Below are positions 1 through 8,944 of a stretch of 64,000 nucleotides of DNA, in pieces. Every line of letters begins with the position of its first letter. The stretch's first letter is position 1. The translations under genes were made by a program, and so were the position numbers. Under the pieces are notes generated by a model. That model saw nothing but the letters and a program-made list of their open reading frames with translations. It had not been told where the DNA came from and did not search any database. The DNA is from an uncultured Candidatus Rokubacteria bacterium (GTDB taxonomy: Bacteria > Methylomirabilota > Methylomirabilia > Rokubacteriales > CSP1-6), in the NCBI GenBank assembly GCA_963789955.1, contig CAWBMV010000036.1, positions 64,001 through 128,000 of the forward strand, given 5' to 3'.

Positions 1-257
1 TGACGCAAACCCTGAGAATCTCGAACCGCGGCGTGAAGCAGGCCGGGTTCTATGTTCTGGGCGGCGCGGCGATGCCGGCCGTCCTGCTCGAGATCGGCTT
101 CGTCACGAATCCCAGGGAAGAGCGGAAGCTCAAGGACACGAAGTACCGGGACGAGATCGCCCGCGCGATCTTCTCCGGCCTCGCCGAGTACAAGCGCGCC
201 TGGGACCAGCGGGCGCGGGCATCGGCCGAGACCCCGACGGTGACGCGAACCCGATAG
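1..257 (+). CDS. N-acetylmuramoyl-L-alanine amidase (Amidase_3), C-terminal part, 5' truncated by window edge
   Basis: [30 protein letters not shown] is the Amidase_3 C-terminal signature; directly upstream of rph. Confidence 0.9.
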   Translation, partial: TQTLRISNRGVKQAGFYVLGGAAMPAVLLEIGFVTNPREERKLKDTKYRDEIARAIFSGLAEYKRAWDQRARASAETPTVTRTR

Positions 258-261
258 CGCC

Positions 262-993
262 ATGGCTCGCCCCGACGGCCGCGCCTCCGACCAGCTTCGT
301 CCCGTCACGATCACGCGGGACTACCTCCTTCATCCGGAGGGCTCCGTGCTGGTCGAGTTCGGCGCGACGAAGGTCATCTGCACCGCGTCGGTCGAGGACA
401 AGGTGCCGCCCTTCCTGAAAGGTCAGGGCCAGGGCTGGGTCACCGCCGAATACGCGATGCTCCCGCGATCGACCAACACGCGGACGACGCGCGAGAACCG
501 CGGCCCGAGCGGACGCTCGCAGGAGATCCAGCGGCTCGTCGGACGCGCGCTCCGGGCGGTCATCGATCGGAGCAAGCTCGGCGAGCGCACGGTGTGGGTG
601 GACTGCGACGTGATCCAGGCCGACGGCGGCACCCGGACCGCGGCCATCACGGGCAGCTTCGTCGCGGTGGCCGACGCGATCTCCCGCGTGCCCGTCCTGC
701 AGCCGTCGGCCGCGATCCGCGACTGCGTCGGCGCGATCAGCGTCGGCGTCGTGCACGGCCAGGCGGTGCTCGATCTGAACTACGTCGAGGACTCGAGCGC
801 CGAGGTGGACATGAACGTCGTCATGACCGGCGCCGGCGAGTTCGTCGAGGTGCAGGGCACCGCCGAGCAGGTGCCCTTCGGCCGCGCCCGGCTCGACTCG
901 CTCCTGGCGATCGCCGAGGCGGGCATCCGCCGCCTCGTCGCGCTCCAGCGCCGCGCCCTCGAAACGCGTGCCGAGCGCGTCTTCACCCTCTAG
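262..993 (+). CDS. rph: ribonuclease PH
   Basis: [60 protein letters not shown] motifs. Confidence 0.98.
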   Translation: MARPDGRASDQLRPVTITRDYLLHPEGSVLVEFGATKVICTASVEDKVPPFLKGQGQGWVTAEYAMLPRSTNTRTTRENRGPSGRSQEIQRLVGRALRAVIDRSKLGERTVWVDCDVIQADGGTRTAAITGSFVAVADAISRVPVLQPSAAIRDCVGAISVGVVHGQAVLDLNYVEDSSAEVDMNVVMTGAGEFVEVQGTAEQVPFGRARLDSLLAIAEAGIRRLVALQRRALETRAERVFTL

Positions 994-1579
994 ACCGGTT
1001 CTCGTCCTCGCCACGCTCAATCCCGCCAAGGGACGCGAGCTCGTCGCGCTGCTCGGTTCGGTCCCGTTCGAGATCCGGATGCTGGCCGACATTTCCGGGG
1101 CCCGCCTCCCGGAGGAAACGGGGGCGACGTATGCCGAGAACGCGCTCGTCAAAGCGCGCGTGGCCGCGGAGCTGACCGGTGCCTTGGCCCTGGGCGACGA
1201 CTCCGGGCTCGAGGTCGACGCGCTCGACGGCGCGCCCGGCCTCCACACGGCGCGGTTCGGCGGCCCGGGGCTCGACGATCGAGGCCGCTGGGCACTCTTG
1301 CTCGAGCGGCTCCGCGGCGTGCCGGCGCCGCGCCGGACCGCGCGCTTCCGCTGCGTGATCGCGCTGGCGGGCGGGGGACGCCCCGAGACGGTGGTGGAGG
1401 GCGTCGCCGACGGCGTGATCGCTGAAGCGCCGAGAGGCGGCCAAGGCTTCGGCTACGACCCGGTGTTCTTCTATCCGCCGCTCGGCCGGACCTTCGCCGA
1501 GCTGACGGACGAGGAGAAGGCGCGCGTGAGCCATCGCGGTCTCGCGCTGACGGCGGCCCGGCGGCTTCTGAGCGGGTGA
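968..1579 (+). CDS. rdgB: non-canonical purine NTP pyrophosphatase (RdgB/HAM1)
   Basis: [37 protein letters not shown] motifs; usual rph-rdgB synteny. Confidence 0.96.
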   Translation: MPSASSPSRPVLVLATLNPAKGRELVALLGSVPFEIRMLADISGARLPEETGATYAENALVKARVAAELTGALALGDDSGLEVDALDGAPGLHTARFGGPGLDDRGRWALLLERLRGVPAPRRTARFRCVIALAGGGRPETVVEGVADGVIAEAPRGGQGFGYDPVFFYPPLGRTFAELTDEEKARVSHRGLALTAARRLLSG

Positions 1580-1617
1580 TATAGTCAGACCCGAACCGAT
1601 TCGAACGCGCTTGCCGA

Positions 1618-1694
1618 CGGGGTGTGGCGCAGCCTGGTAGCGCACCTGCTTTGGGAGCAGGGGGCCGGAGGTTCAAATCCTCTCACCCCGACCA
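1618..1694 (+). tRNA. tRNA-Pro(TGG)
   Basis: Cloverleaf; anticodon arm CCTGC-TT-TGG-GA-GCAGG, T-loop GTTCAAATC, encoded CCA. Confidence 0.97.
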
Positions 1695-1732
1695 TTCTTT
1701 CCGCATGACCGTCTCTTCCGCGGAGGTCCGGG

Positions 1733-2407
1733 ATGAACATTCAACCGATCGACTACCTCGTGCATTTCTCGAACATCTTGCTGCTCGTCTCCTACTCGGT
1801 GCGGAACATCCTGTGGCTGCGCTGGTTCGCCGTCGCGGCGGCGCTGACCAACATGCCCTACTTCCTGCTGCAGCACACGGTGCTGTGGCCGCCGATCCTC
1901 TGGGCCGTGGTGTTCACCGCGATCAATCTCTATCAGATCTCGCGCATCTATCTCGAGCGCCGTCCGGTCGTGCTGTCCGAAGACGAGCAAAGGCTCTACG
2001 ACCTTGGATTTCGATCGCTGCGCCCGCGTGAGTTCGTCTCGTTGACGCTCGTGGGCGAGTGGAAAAGCGGCGCGGCCGGCGACAAGGTCCTGACCGAGGG
2101 TGAGCCGGTATCACGCCTCTGCATTTCCATCGCGGGGAGCGCGGAAGTCCGCATGCAGGGAAGACCGGTGGGACGGTTCGAACCCGGCCACATTATCGGT
2201 ACGGCTCTCGCCCTGACGGGGTCTCCATCGCCGGTGGAGGCCACGTTCACCGAACCCGCGCGGTACATGAGCTGGCCGCTCCAGAGCCTGCGCGCGTTCA
2301 TGGACAAGAGACCCGATCTGCGTGTCGCCCTACAGGCCCTCGTCAGCCGGGACCTCGCGGGAAAGGTGGAGCGACTGCTGGCGCAGTCGGGCTCCGAAGG
2401 GCGCTAG
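1733..2407 (+). CDS. Popeye-domain / cyclic-nucleotide-binding-fold membrane protein
   Basis: Three N-terminal hydrophobic segments (..ILWLRW..), ERRPV..EDEQRLY..F..LRPREF linker, C-terminal cNMP-binding-like beta domain; GGAGG RBS. Confidence 0.8.
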   Translation: MNIQPIDYLVHFSNILLLVSYSVRNILWLRWFAVAAALTNMPYFLLQHTVLWPPILWAVVFTAINLYQISRIYLERRPVVLSEDEQRLYDLGFRSLRPREFVSLTLVGEWKSGAAGDKVLTEGEPVSRLCISIAGSAEVRMQGRPVGRFEPGHIIGTALALTGSPSPVEATFTEPARYMSWPLQSLRAFMDKRPDLRVALQALVSRDLAGKVERLLAQSGSEGR

Positions 2408-2513
2408 CCCGGACGCCTCGGCGCGCCGGACGGGCACGTGCCCGCGCGTCATTTCTGTCAGACGGCCGGAGCACCTGTGCTGGAAACTATTGATTGTCTG
2501 CGCTCTCCGGGCG

Positions 2514-2529
2514 TGGCGAAATTTTTGCT
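2514..2529 (+). promoter_or_regulatory. sigma-54 -24/-12 promoter
   Basis: TGGCGA-N5-TTGCT, matches TGGCAC-N5-TTGCW spacing; followed by AGGAGG RBS. Confidence 0.6.
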
Positions 2530-2570
2530 GATTCGGATGGGGCAGGAGGGACCTGCCCATCTTCCGTACG

Positions 2571-3080
2571 GTGTTCGCGGTCGTGGCGGCGGCCGTCGCC
2601 GTCTTAGCCCTGGCTGGAGAGGTCGCCGCCCAGACGAGAGGCGGCTGGCTCCTGGTCACGCCGCCGCCGGTCCCCGAGCGGCGCATGCTGATGAAGGTGT
2701 ACGCGGCGAGCTCTGACTCCGAAGTGCGAGCCGCCGTCGCGAGCCTGCCCGGCGAAGAGCAGGTTCGCCTCGTCACGAAGGTCTACAAGATCCTCACGAT
2801 CGCCGTGCCCGCCGACCGCACCGAGGCGCTCCTCACCGCGCTCCAGGACACGGCGGCCCCCGTGTCGAGCTGGCGGACCCTCGAGAAGTTCGACTCGGCC
2901 ACGTCGTGCGAGGACAAGCGCGAGCGCGCCCTTCAGAGCTTCGAGCGCGCCGCGGCGAAAGTGCGCTCCGAGTCCCCCGAGGATGACGAGCTCGCGGTCG
3001 AAGACTGGACGATTCTCGAGGGATTGGCCGCCTGCCGGATGAGCCGCTGCGTGCCGGAGGCGACGCTCTCGCTGCGCTGA
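2571..3080 (+). CDS. hypothetical secreted protein (true start possibly CTG at 2553)
   Basis: Signal-peptide-like N-terminus; GWLLVTPP..W..FDSATSCE..RCVP pattern. Confidence 0.7.
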   Translation: MFAVVAAAVAVLALAGEVAAQTRGGWLLVTPPPVPERRMLMKVYAASSDSEVRAAVASLPGEEQVRLVTKVYKILTIAVPADRTEALLTALQDTAAPVSSWRTLEKFDSATSCEDKRERALQSFERAAAKVRSESPEDDELAVEDWTILEGLAACRMSRCVPEATLSLR

Positions 3081-3171
3081 CCGGCGCCGCCGCGCCGTCC
3101 GCCGCGCGCCCGCTCGTCAAAAAAATGCGCCGCCCGGCTGAACTCGCGCCGGATCACGTTAGAATGCCGGC

Positions 3172-3468
3172 GTGAGATTTCTCGTCATCCTGCTCGTGTC
3201 CGCAACGCTCGTCCTCCTCGGTTCGGCTTCCTGGGCGTACAACTGCCCGGTCGTGATCAAGCAGGCGGAGGACACGATCAAGAAGGCCGAGGCGGGCAAG
3301 GTGAGCCCCGAGACGCGGCAGCTCATCGACGAAGCCAAGAAGCTCCTGGCCGAGGCCAAAGCCCACCACGAGAACGCCAAGACCAAGCGCGACCACGGCG
3401 ACGCGGTCCGCAAGGCCAAGACCGCCATCGCCTACGCCGACGAGGCCATGATCCTACAGAATCCATAG
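3172..3468 (+). CDS. small secreted helical hypothetical protein
   Basis: Signal peptide ending SWA, then YNCP; K/E/A-rich amphipathic helices with His residues. Confidence 0.75.
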   Translation: MRFLVILLVSATLVLLGSASWAYNCPVVIKQAEDTIKKAEAGKVSPETRQLIDEAKKLLAEAKAHHENAKTKRDHGDAVRKAKTAIAYADEAMILQNP

Positions 3469-3486
3469 CGCGCCATTGGGGGGACG

Positions 3487-4303
3487 CTGCCAGCGTTTGC
3501 CGGCAACGCGATCTTCATCACGGGTGCCTCGTCGGGCATCGGCGCGGCCCTCGCTCGAGAATTCTCCCGTGAGGGCGGCGACGTGGCGCTGGTGGCTCGC
3601 CGCCGGGACCGGCTCGAAGCGCTCGCCGCCGAGATCCGGCAAGATCGGACGCCGCGCGGTGGTGATCACCGCCGACGTCACCCGCGACGGCGACCTCGAG
3701 CGCGCCGCGCGCGAAGCCCGAGCCGCCCTTGGCAGGCTCGACGTCGTCGTCGCGAACGCCGGATTCGGAGTCGCCGGATCGCTCGAGAGCCTGTCGCTCG
3801 ACGACTACCGCCGCCAGTTCGAGACCAACGTCTTCGGTGTCCTCAGAACGGTCTACGCAACGCTCGACGAGCTCAAGAAGACCCGCGGCCGCCTCGTCCT
3901 GATCGGAAGCGTGAGCGGCCACGTCGGCGTTCCCGGCTCGTCGGCCTACTCGATGAGCAAGTTCGCCGTACACGGGCTGGCCGCGGCGCTCGGCCACGAG
4001 CTGGCTCCGCACGGCGTCGCGGTGACCTTGATCAGCCCGGGGTTCGTCGAATCGGAGATCCATCAGGTCGACAACCGCGGCGTCTGGCGCGCCGAGGCGC
4101 CCAGCCGCCCGATTCCCGCCGCGCTCGTCATGGCGACGCCGACCGCGGCGCGAAAAATCGTGCGCGCGGTCGCGCGGCGGCGCCGCGAAGTGGTGATCAC
4201 CGGCTTCGGAAAGGCCGCGGTCCTCATCCAGCGGCATGCTCCGTGGCTGCTCGCGGCGATAATTCGACGTTTCGGTGTTAAAGGACGACGAGAACCGCGT
4301 TAA
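3487..4303 (+). CDS. SDR family oxidoreductase (one apparent frameshift near 3640; start approximate)
   Basis: ITGASSGIG in frame +1, then VANAG and YSMSK (YxxxK) in frame +2. Confidence 0.88.
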
Positions 4304-4342
4304 TATGACCGCAACGGCGTTAAGGCGCCGGGAGGGAGGCGA

Positions 4343-5134
4343 ATGCTCCACTTCACGATCGACGGGTTTCGGGGATTCCGCTCTCGCTTCGACGACGCTC
4401 ACCTGATCCAGGAAGTACTCGAGGACGCACCGGCGCAGCTCGGACTCAAGCGCGCGATGCCGGCCTTCGTGCTGCCGTACTACAACGGGGTCGTGCCCGA
4501 GGATTGTGGGATCAGCGCGTTCGTGTTCCTGGCGGGCGGCCACTTCACGCTCCACACCTTCTCGTTCCGTGAGACGTACTTCGCCGATCTGGTGGCGCCG
4601 GACGAGTTCGACCCGGCCAAGCTCCGGGCGCTACTCGAGGCGGTCTTTCCGTGCGCGCTCACCAGTGTCCGGACCGTAGAACGGCAGGACCTGAAGGACT
4701 CCGAGCCAGACGTCGAGAACGACTTCGGGCCCCATCTGTTCCTGAACATCGATGCGTACCAGGGTCCGCAAGATCTCGATTCCCTGTTCCAGCTCTTCGA
4801 TCGGCTCCCGGCCGAGATCGGCATGACGCCGATCATGCGGCCCTACGTCATCCGCGACACCACCTCGGACGGGCAGCCCGTCTTGAGCGCGATGACGATG
4901 ATCGCGGAGAGCCACGTGACCCTTCACGTCTTCCCCCGCGAGGAACGTGCGTACTTCGACATCTTCTCGTGCCGGTTCTTCGACCGGTCGTTCGTGGTGC
5001 CCCGGCTCCTCGCCCAGTTCCCCGGCGGGAGCGTCCAGGAGGCCCTCGTCGCTCGGGGCAGCCGTTACCGCTATCTGCGGACCGAGCGCGCCGACGAACA
5101 CGCCAAGTCGCGCACCTGGCTTCCTCAGCGATAG
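4343..5134 (+). CDS. tandem two-domain S-adenosylmethionine decarboxylase (SpeD)-like pyruvoyl decarboxylase
   Basis: Two SpeD-like repeats: N-domain PEDCGISAFVFLAGGHFTLHTF (no Glu-Ser site); C-domain FGPHL..LSAMTMIAESHVTLHVFP..DIFSC (intact). Confidence 0.85.
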   Translation: MLHFTIDGFRGFRSRFDDAHLIQEVLEDAPAQLGLKRAMPAFVLPYYNGVVPEDCGISAFVFLAGGHFTLHTFSFRETYFADLVAPDEFDPAKLRALLEAVFPCALTSVRTVERQDLKDSEPDVENDFGPHLFLNIDAYQGPQDLDSLFQLFDRLPAEIGMTPIMRPYVIRDTTSDGQPVLSAMTMIAESHVTLHVFPREERAYFDIFSCRFFDRSFVVPRLLAQFPGGSVQEALVARGSRYRYLRTERADEHAKSRTWLPQR

Positions 5135-5142
5135 GAGCGAAC

Positions 5143-6219
5143 ATGACTCGCGAGCCGCGATTCGACGACCCGAACCTCGTCCGCGAACCCATGACCGTGG
5201 CGGAAGACACCGGACGGGGTAGCGTCCTGTCCCTGCTCGGCCGGATGGGGAAGTCCGCCTTCCAGGGCCGGAAGCTCGGCGAGGCCTTCGAGGCCTGGAA
5301 GACCATGATCGAGGGCGACAGCCTCATCTGCCTGGGCTATGCCGCATCGATGTCGAGCGCCGGGATGTGGCCGCTCATCACGTGGCTGGTCCAGCGCGGC
5401 TACATCGACGTCCTCGCGTCGACCTCGGCCAACATCTCCGAGGACCTGCTCGACATGATGGACGGCACGCGTGTCTACCGTGTCGACCCCGAGCACGTCG
5501 ACGACGTGGCGCTGGCCGACAAGGGCTACTACCGGTTCTACGACCACATCGTCTCGTCCAAGAAGTACGACCAGATGGAAACGGTCGTCACCGGCCGGTT
5601 CTTCGATGAGCTCGCCGACACCTGGCGGAAGCCCACGATCCCGACGGTCCGGCTGCTGTTCGAGCTGGGGAACTGGCTCAACGCCAAGGGCTTCGAGAAG
5701 TCGATCCTCGCGACGGCGGCGCGCAACCAGGTGCCCGTCTTCTGCTGCGGCTTGCCGGACGGCCCGATCGGCGAGGGCTACAGCACCTCGCCCAAGGCCG
5801 AGCAGGCGCCCGTCGTCGACTTCTTCAAGGACTACCGGATCGCCACGGACATCATGGACAACGCCATGATGTCGAAGCGGGGAACCTCGGTCGTCTTCCT
5901 GGGCGGTGGGGTGCCGAAAGATTTCCTGCAGATCACCGCGACCAGCGTGCGGACCCGCCACGGCAACGTGGATCCCACCCCGCACAAGGCCTCGATCCAG
6001 ATCACGACCGACAATACGGTCTACGGCGGCCTCGGCGGCGCCACCCTCGCGACCGAGTGCATCTCCTGGGGCAAGGAGGCGCACGGGAACGCGAACGTCA
6101 TGTGCTTCGCCGACATCACGATCGCGCTGCCGATCATCTGTCAGGGTCTCGCCGAGCACTTCGGGCGCGGCCACCGGCGCGAGCAGCCCAAGCCGCTGAA
6201 GCTGGCCGAAGTCTTCTAG
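5143..6219 (+). CDS. deoxyhypusine synthase-like protein (homospermidine/aminobutyl transferase type)
   Basis: AFQGRKLG, STSANISED, LGGGVPKDF, GGLGGAT..ECISWGK (catalytic Lys kept), DITIALP; AGGAG RBS, 8 bp after upstream stop. Confidence 0.92.
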   Translation: MTREPRFDDPNLVREPMTVAEDTGRGSVLSLLGRMGKSAFQGRKLGEAFEAWKTMIEGDSLICLGYAASMSSAGMWPLITWLVQRGYIDVLASTSANISEDLLDMMDGTRVYRVDPEHVDDVALADKGYYRFYDHIVSSKKYDQMETVVTGRFFDELADTWRKPTIPTVRLLFELGNWLNAKGFEKSILATAARNQVPVFCCGLPDGPIGEGYSTSPKAEQAPVVDFFKDYRIATDIMDNAMMSKRGTSVVFLGGGVPKDFLQITATSVRTRHGNVDPTPHKASIQITTDNTVYGGLGGATLATECISWGKEAHGNANVMCFADITIALPIICQGLAEHFGRGHRREQPKPLKLAEVF

Positions 6220-6229
6220 AGCGACCGCG

Positions 6230-6598
6230 ATGCGGCCCGGCGTTCTGCTGATCGCGGTGGTGGCGCTCGTCGCCGCCGCCGCGGTCGCGCAGGCGCAGGG
6301 CCCCGGCCGTCCGACGTCCGAATCCTTCCGGATCGAATGGGTGCGTCGCCCGCCGTCGATGCGGCCGGGCGTGGACGGCTACATCTACAACGATTCCCGC
6401 TGGCGCGTGACCAACATCCGCGTCCGCGCCGTCGTGGTCGACGCCGCCGGGACCGTCGTCCGCGAGAGCGTGGTGTCGGTCTGGGGCAACGCGGTGCCGG
6501 GAACCCGGACGTTCTTCGTCCTGCCGGCCCTCGGCGAGGGCCAGATCTACCAGCTCACGGTGATCTCGTTCGATCTGATCTCGGAACAGACCCCGTAG
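6230..6598 (+). CDS. secreted hypothetical protein, FxLYD/Ig-like
   Basis: Signal peptide; GYIYN..VTNIRVR..D..G.VV..G..PG.RTFF beta pattern. Confidence 0.7.
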   Translation: MRPGVLLIAVVALVAAAAVAQAQGPGRPTSESFRIEWVRRPPSMRPGVDGYIYNDSRWRVTNIRVRAVVVDAAGTVVRESVVSVWGNAVPGTRTFFVLPALGEGQIYQLTVISFDLISEQTP

Positions 6599-6638
6599 CC
6601 CACAGATCGCCACCCGGCGCGCGGCCTGCGCCGACCGG

Positions 6639-7019
6639 CTATCGAGGCCGGAACCGCACCACGGTGTAGCCGAGCGACGAGGCCTGACCGAGCCTGAGGC
6701 GCCGCCGCAGACGGCGGCGATCGGGCGCCCGCTGGCGGAGCTCGTGCCGCCGGTCGGCGACCCGGCGCTCGAGGATTACCTTGACCCCGCGGACACCATC
6801 CAGCCGCCGCTGGAGATACTCGAACAGCGGGACGTCGTGACGGCGGACCACGATCAAAAGCTCGACGTCCGGAAACGACAGTGACGGAAGCGAGGCGAGG
6901 AGCAGTGCCGCGTGCCGCGGGCAATAGCCGTGGGTTTCGGCGGGATCGTCGAAGGGCGCCTTCTGGCCCAGGTCGCCGGGCCGGCCCTCGACTCGACACG
7001 ATGCGCAGATGACTCTCAT
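6639..7019 (-). CDS. hypothetical protein with CxxC..CxxH motif and ERRxxDRR repeats
   Basis: MRVICASC..THGYCPRH..VILERRVADRR..PDRR. Confidence 0.7.
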   Translation of the reverse strand: MRVICASCRVEGRPGDLGQKAPFDDPAETHGYCPRHAALLLASLPSLSFPDVELLIVVRRHDVPLFEYLQRRLDGVRGVKVILERRVADRRHELRQRAPDRRRLRRRLRLGQASSLGYTVVRFRPR

Positions 7020-7213
7020 TCTGTCGGAGAACCTTTGCCTCCCGCCGCGAGTGGTAGCACCGCCTATAATTCCGGAAAAATCCTGAGCGGCCGCCACTCG
7101 GGTACGACACTCTAGCATCTTCTTCGACCCGTTCGATCGCCGCCGTGTAAACGCGCGACCGCGCGCCTTCGTCCAGCGAGGTGTACCATCATTCGTAGAG
7201 TCTGGAGGCAGAC

Positions 7214-7654
7214 GTGATCAAAGCTGGCCGGATCTCGGGCACCGCATTGCTGGTGGTAGCGGCCTGCGTCTCTCGGGCAGGCGCCGAGGACGTCGAGCAT
7301 TTCGCGATGAGTCACGTGCGCATGTCCACCGACCGCGCAATCGCGTCGGGGTGCGGGCTCGTTTCTCGAGTGAGCGACGATTCGCTGCGAGATCTGAGGC
7401 GCAAGGTCGTGCGCTCCGGCGGCAACACGGCCGTCCTTTCGTTCTCGACCGACGACCTCGGGATGATCCAGGCGGATGTCTACCGCTGCAATCCGCCGGC
7501 GGCGCGCCGGCCGCCGAATGTTCCGCCTCCTCCGGCAGGTGCTCCGCCACCTCCGCCGCCCACATCGAGTTCGCCGCCCCCGCCTCCGGCGGGGAATCCG
7601 CCGCCGCCCCCCAGCGGCACGCCGCCGCCACCTCCGCCGCCGCCGTCGCGGTAG
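7214..7654 (+). CDS. secreted hypothetical protein with proline-rich tail
   Basis: GGAGG RBS, signal peptide, C..GGNT..YRC small domain, poly-Pro C-terminus. Confidence 0.7.
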   Translation: MIKAGRISGTALLVVAACVSRAGAEDVEHFAMSHVRMSTDRAIASGCGLVSRVSDDSLRDLRRKVVRSGGNTAVLSFSTDDLGMIQADVYRCNPPAARRPPNVPPPPAGAPPPPPPTSSSPPPPPAGNPPPPPSGTPPPPPPPPSR

Positions 7655-7680
7655 CGGATCGGGAGCGGCTCCGCTCCACG

Positions 7681-8944
7681 TCATCGAGTCGGCGCCGCTA
7701 CAGGTGTGCTCGCCGCGCGGAGGTCCACTTCGAGCGTTGCGCGGCCCGCGAGAAGCACGGCACCGGCCACCGCCAGAAGGCAGCCCGTGATGAGGACGGG
7801 GGTGCGGAGGCCGACCTGATCCGACGCGGCCCCGATGAGCCAGGGCGAGGCCGCATCCCCGAGCAGGTGCATCAGGAGGGTCGTCACCGCGAATCCTCGG
7901 GCGCGAAGCTCGGCCGGCAGCACGTTCGCCATGGCCGCGTTGAGGGGGCCGATGTTCACGAACACCAGGAGCAAGGTGATGAACATGGCCGGCCAGAACA
8001 CGGTCGGCTGCGGCGCCAGGATCGCGACCAGCGTGAAGACGATCGATGCCACGAGCGACCAGCCCGACACGATGAAATCGGCGCCGGGATGCCGCCGCGC
8101 CACCGACGCGGAGATGCGGCCGCCGAGCAAGGTGCCGGCGAAGCCGGCGACCACGAGGAGCAGGCCGAAGGTCGCCGCGGCGCTGCCGAGCGGGATGCCG
8201 CGCTCGCGCACGAAGTAGGTCGGCATCCACGTCGCCAGGCCGCCCATGCTGAAGGTGTAGATGATCTGGGCCGCGGTGTTGACGTTGTAGCTCCGGCGGC
8301 TCGTCAGCGCGCGGAGCGATGAGACCAGGCCGAGCGGTGTGGCCGTGCTGTGCGTGCTGTCCTGAGCCCCGCGCGCCGGCTCGGTGAGGAAGAGCAGCAA
8401 GAAGGCGAGCGCCGCGCCGGGCGCGCCGGCCACGAAGAAGGCGGCGCGCCAGCCGTGGGCCTCGCCGATCAGGCCGCCGATGATGTAGCCGAGGGCGGAG
8501 CCGATCGGGATCGCCGCGTAGAAGACACCGAGCACCCGCGCGCGCCGCTCGGCCGGGTAGCAGTCCGACAGGAGCGACGGCGTGACGACCGCGTAGCCCG
8601 CCTCGCCGACGCCGATGACGGCGCGAGCCAGCAGAAGCCAGCCGTACGTCGGCGCCAGGCCCGACGCCACCGTGGCGATGCTCCACACGAACACACCCGT
8701 GGCGACCAGGCGCAGGCGGTTGCTGGTAGTCACCGAGCCAGCCGGCCGGTCCGCACGCCAGGGAATACGCGACGATGAAGAGAGACTGCAGGAGACCGCC
8801 CTGGGCGTCCGAGATCGCGAGATCGGCCAGGATGAGCGGCAAGGTGGCCGCCGAGACGTAGCGGTCGAGATAGTTCAGCGCGTTGAGCGTGGTGAGCGAG
8901 CCGAGGATGACGCCCGGTGATCGTGACCAGCCGCTAGCGGACAT
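7681..8944 (-). CDS. Spinster-like MFS transporter (frameshift near 8725)
   Basis: NALNYLDRY, ARAVIGVGEA, GWRAAFF, HLLGDAASP; about 12 hydrophobic segments across two frames. Confidence 0.88.

Noticed and set aside
4651..5142. N-terminal extension of the DHS-like ORF (522 aa in the ORF track)
   Set aside because: It overlaps the SpeD-like gene in another frame; the RBS and homology begin at ATG 5143.
7500..7650. CCG-rich tandem repeats
   Set aside because: These are poly-proline codons with no repeat-spacer structure; not a CRISPR array.
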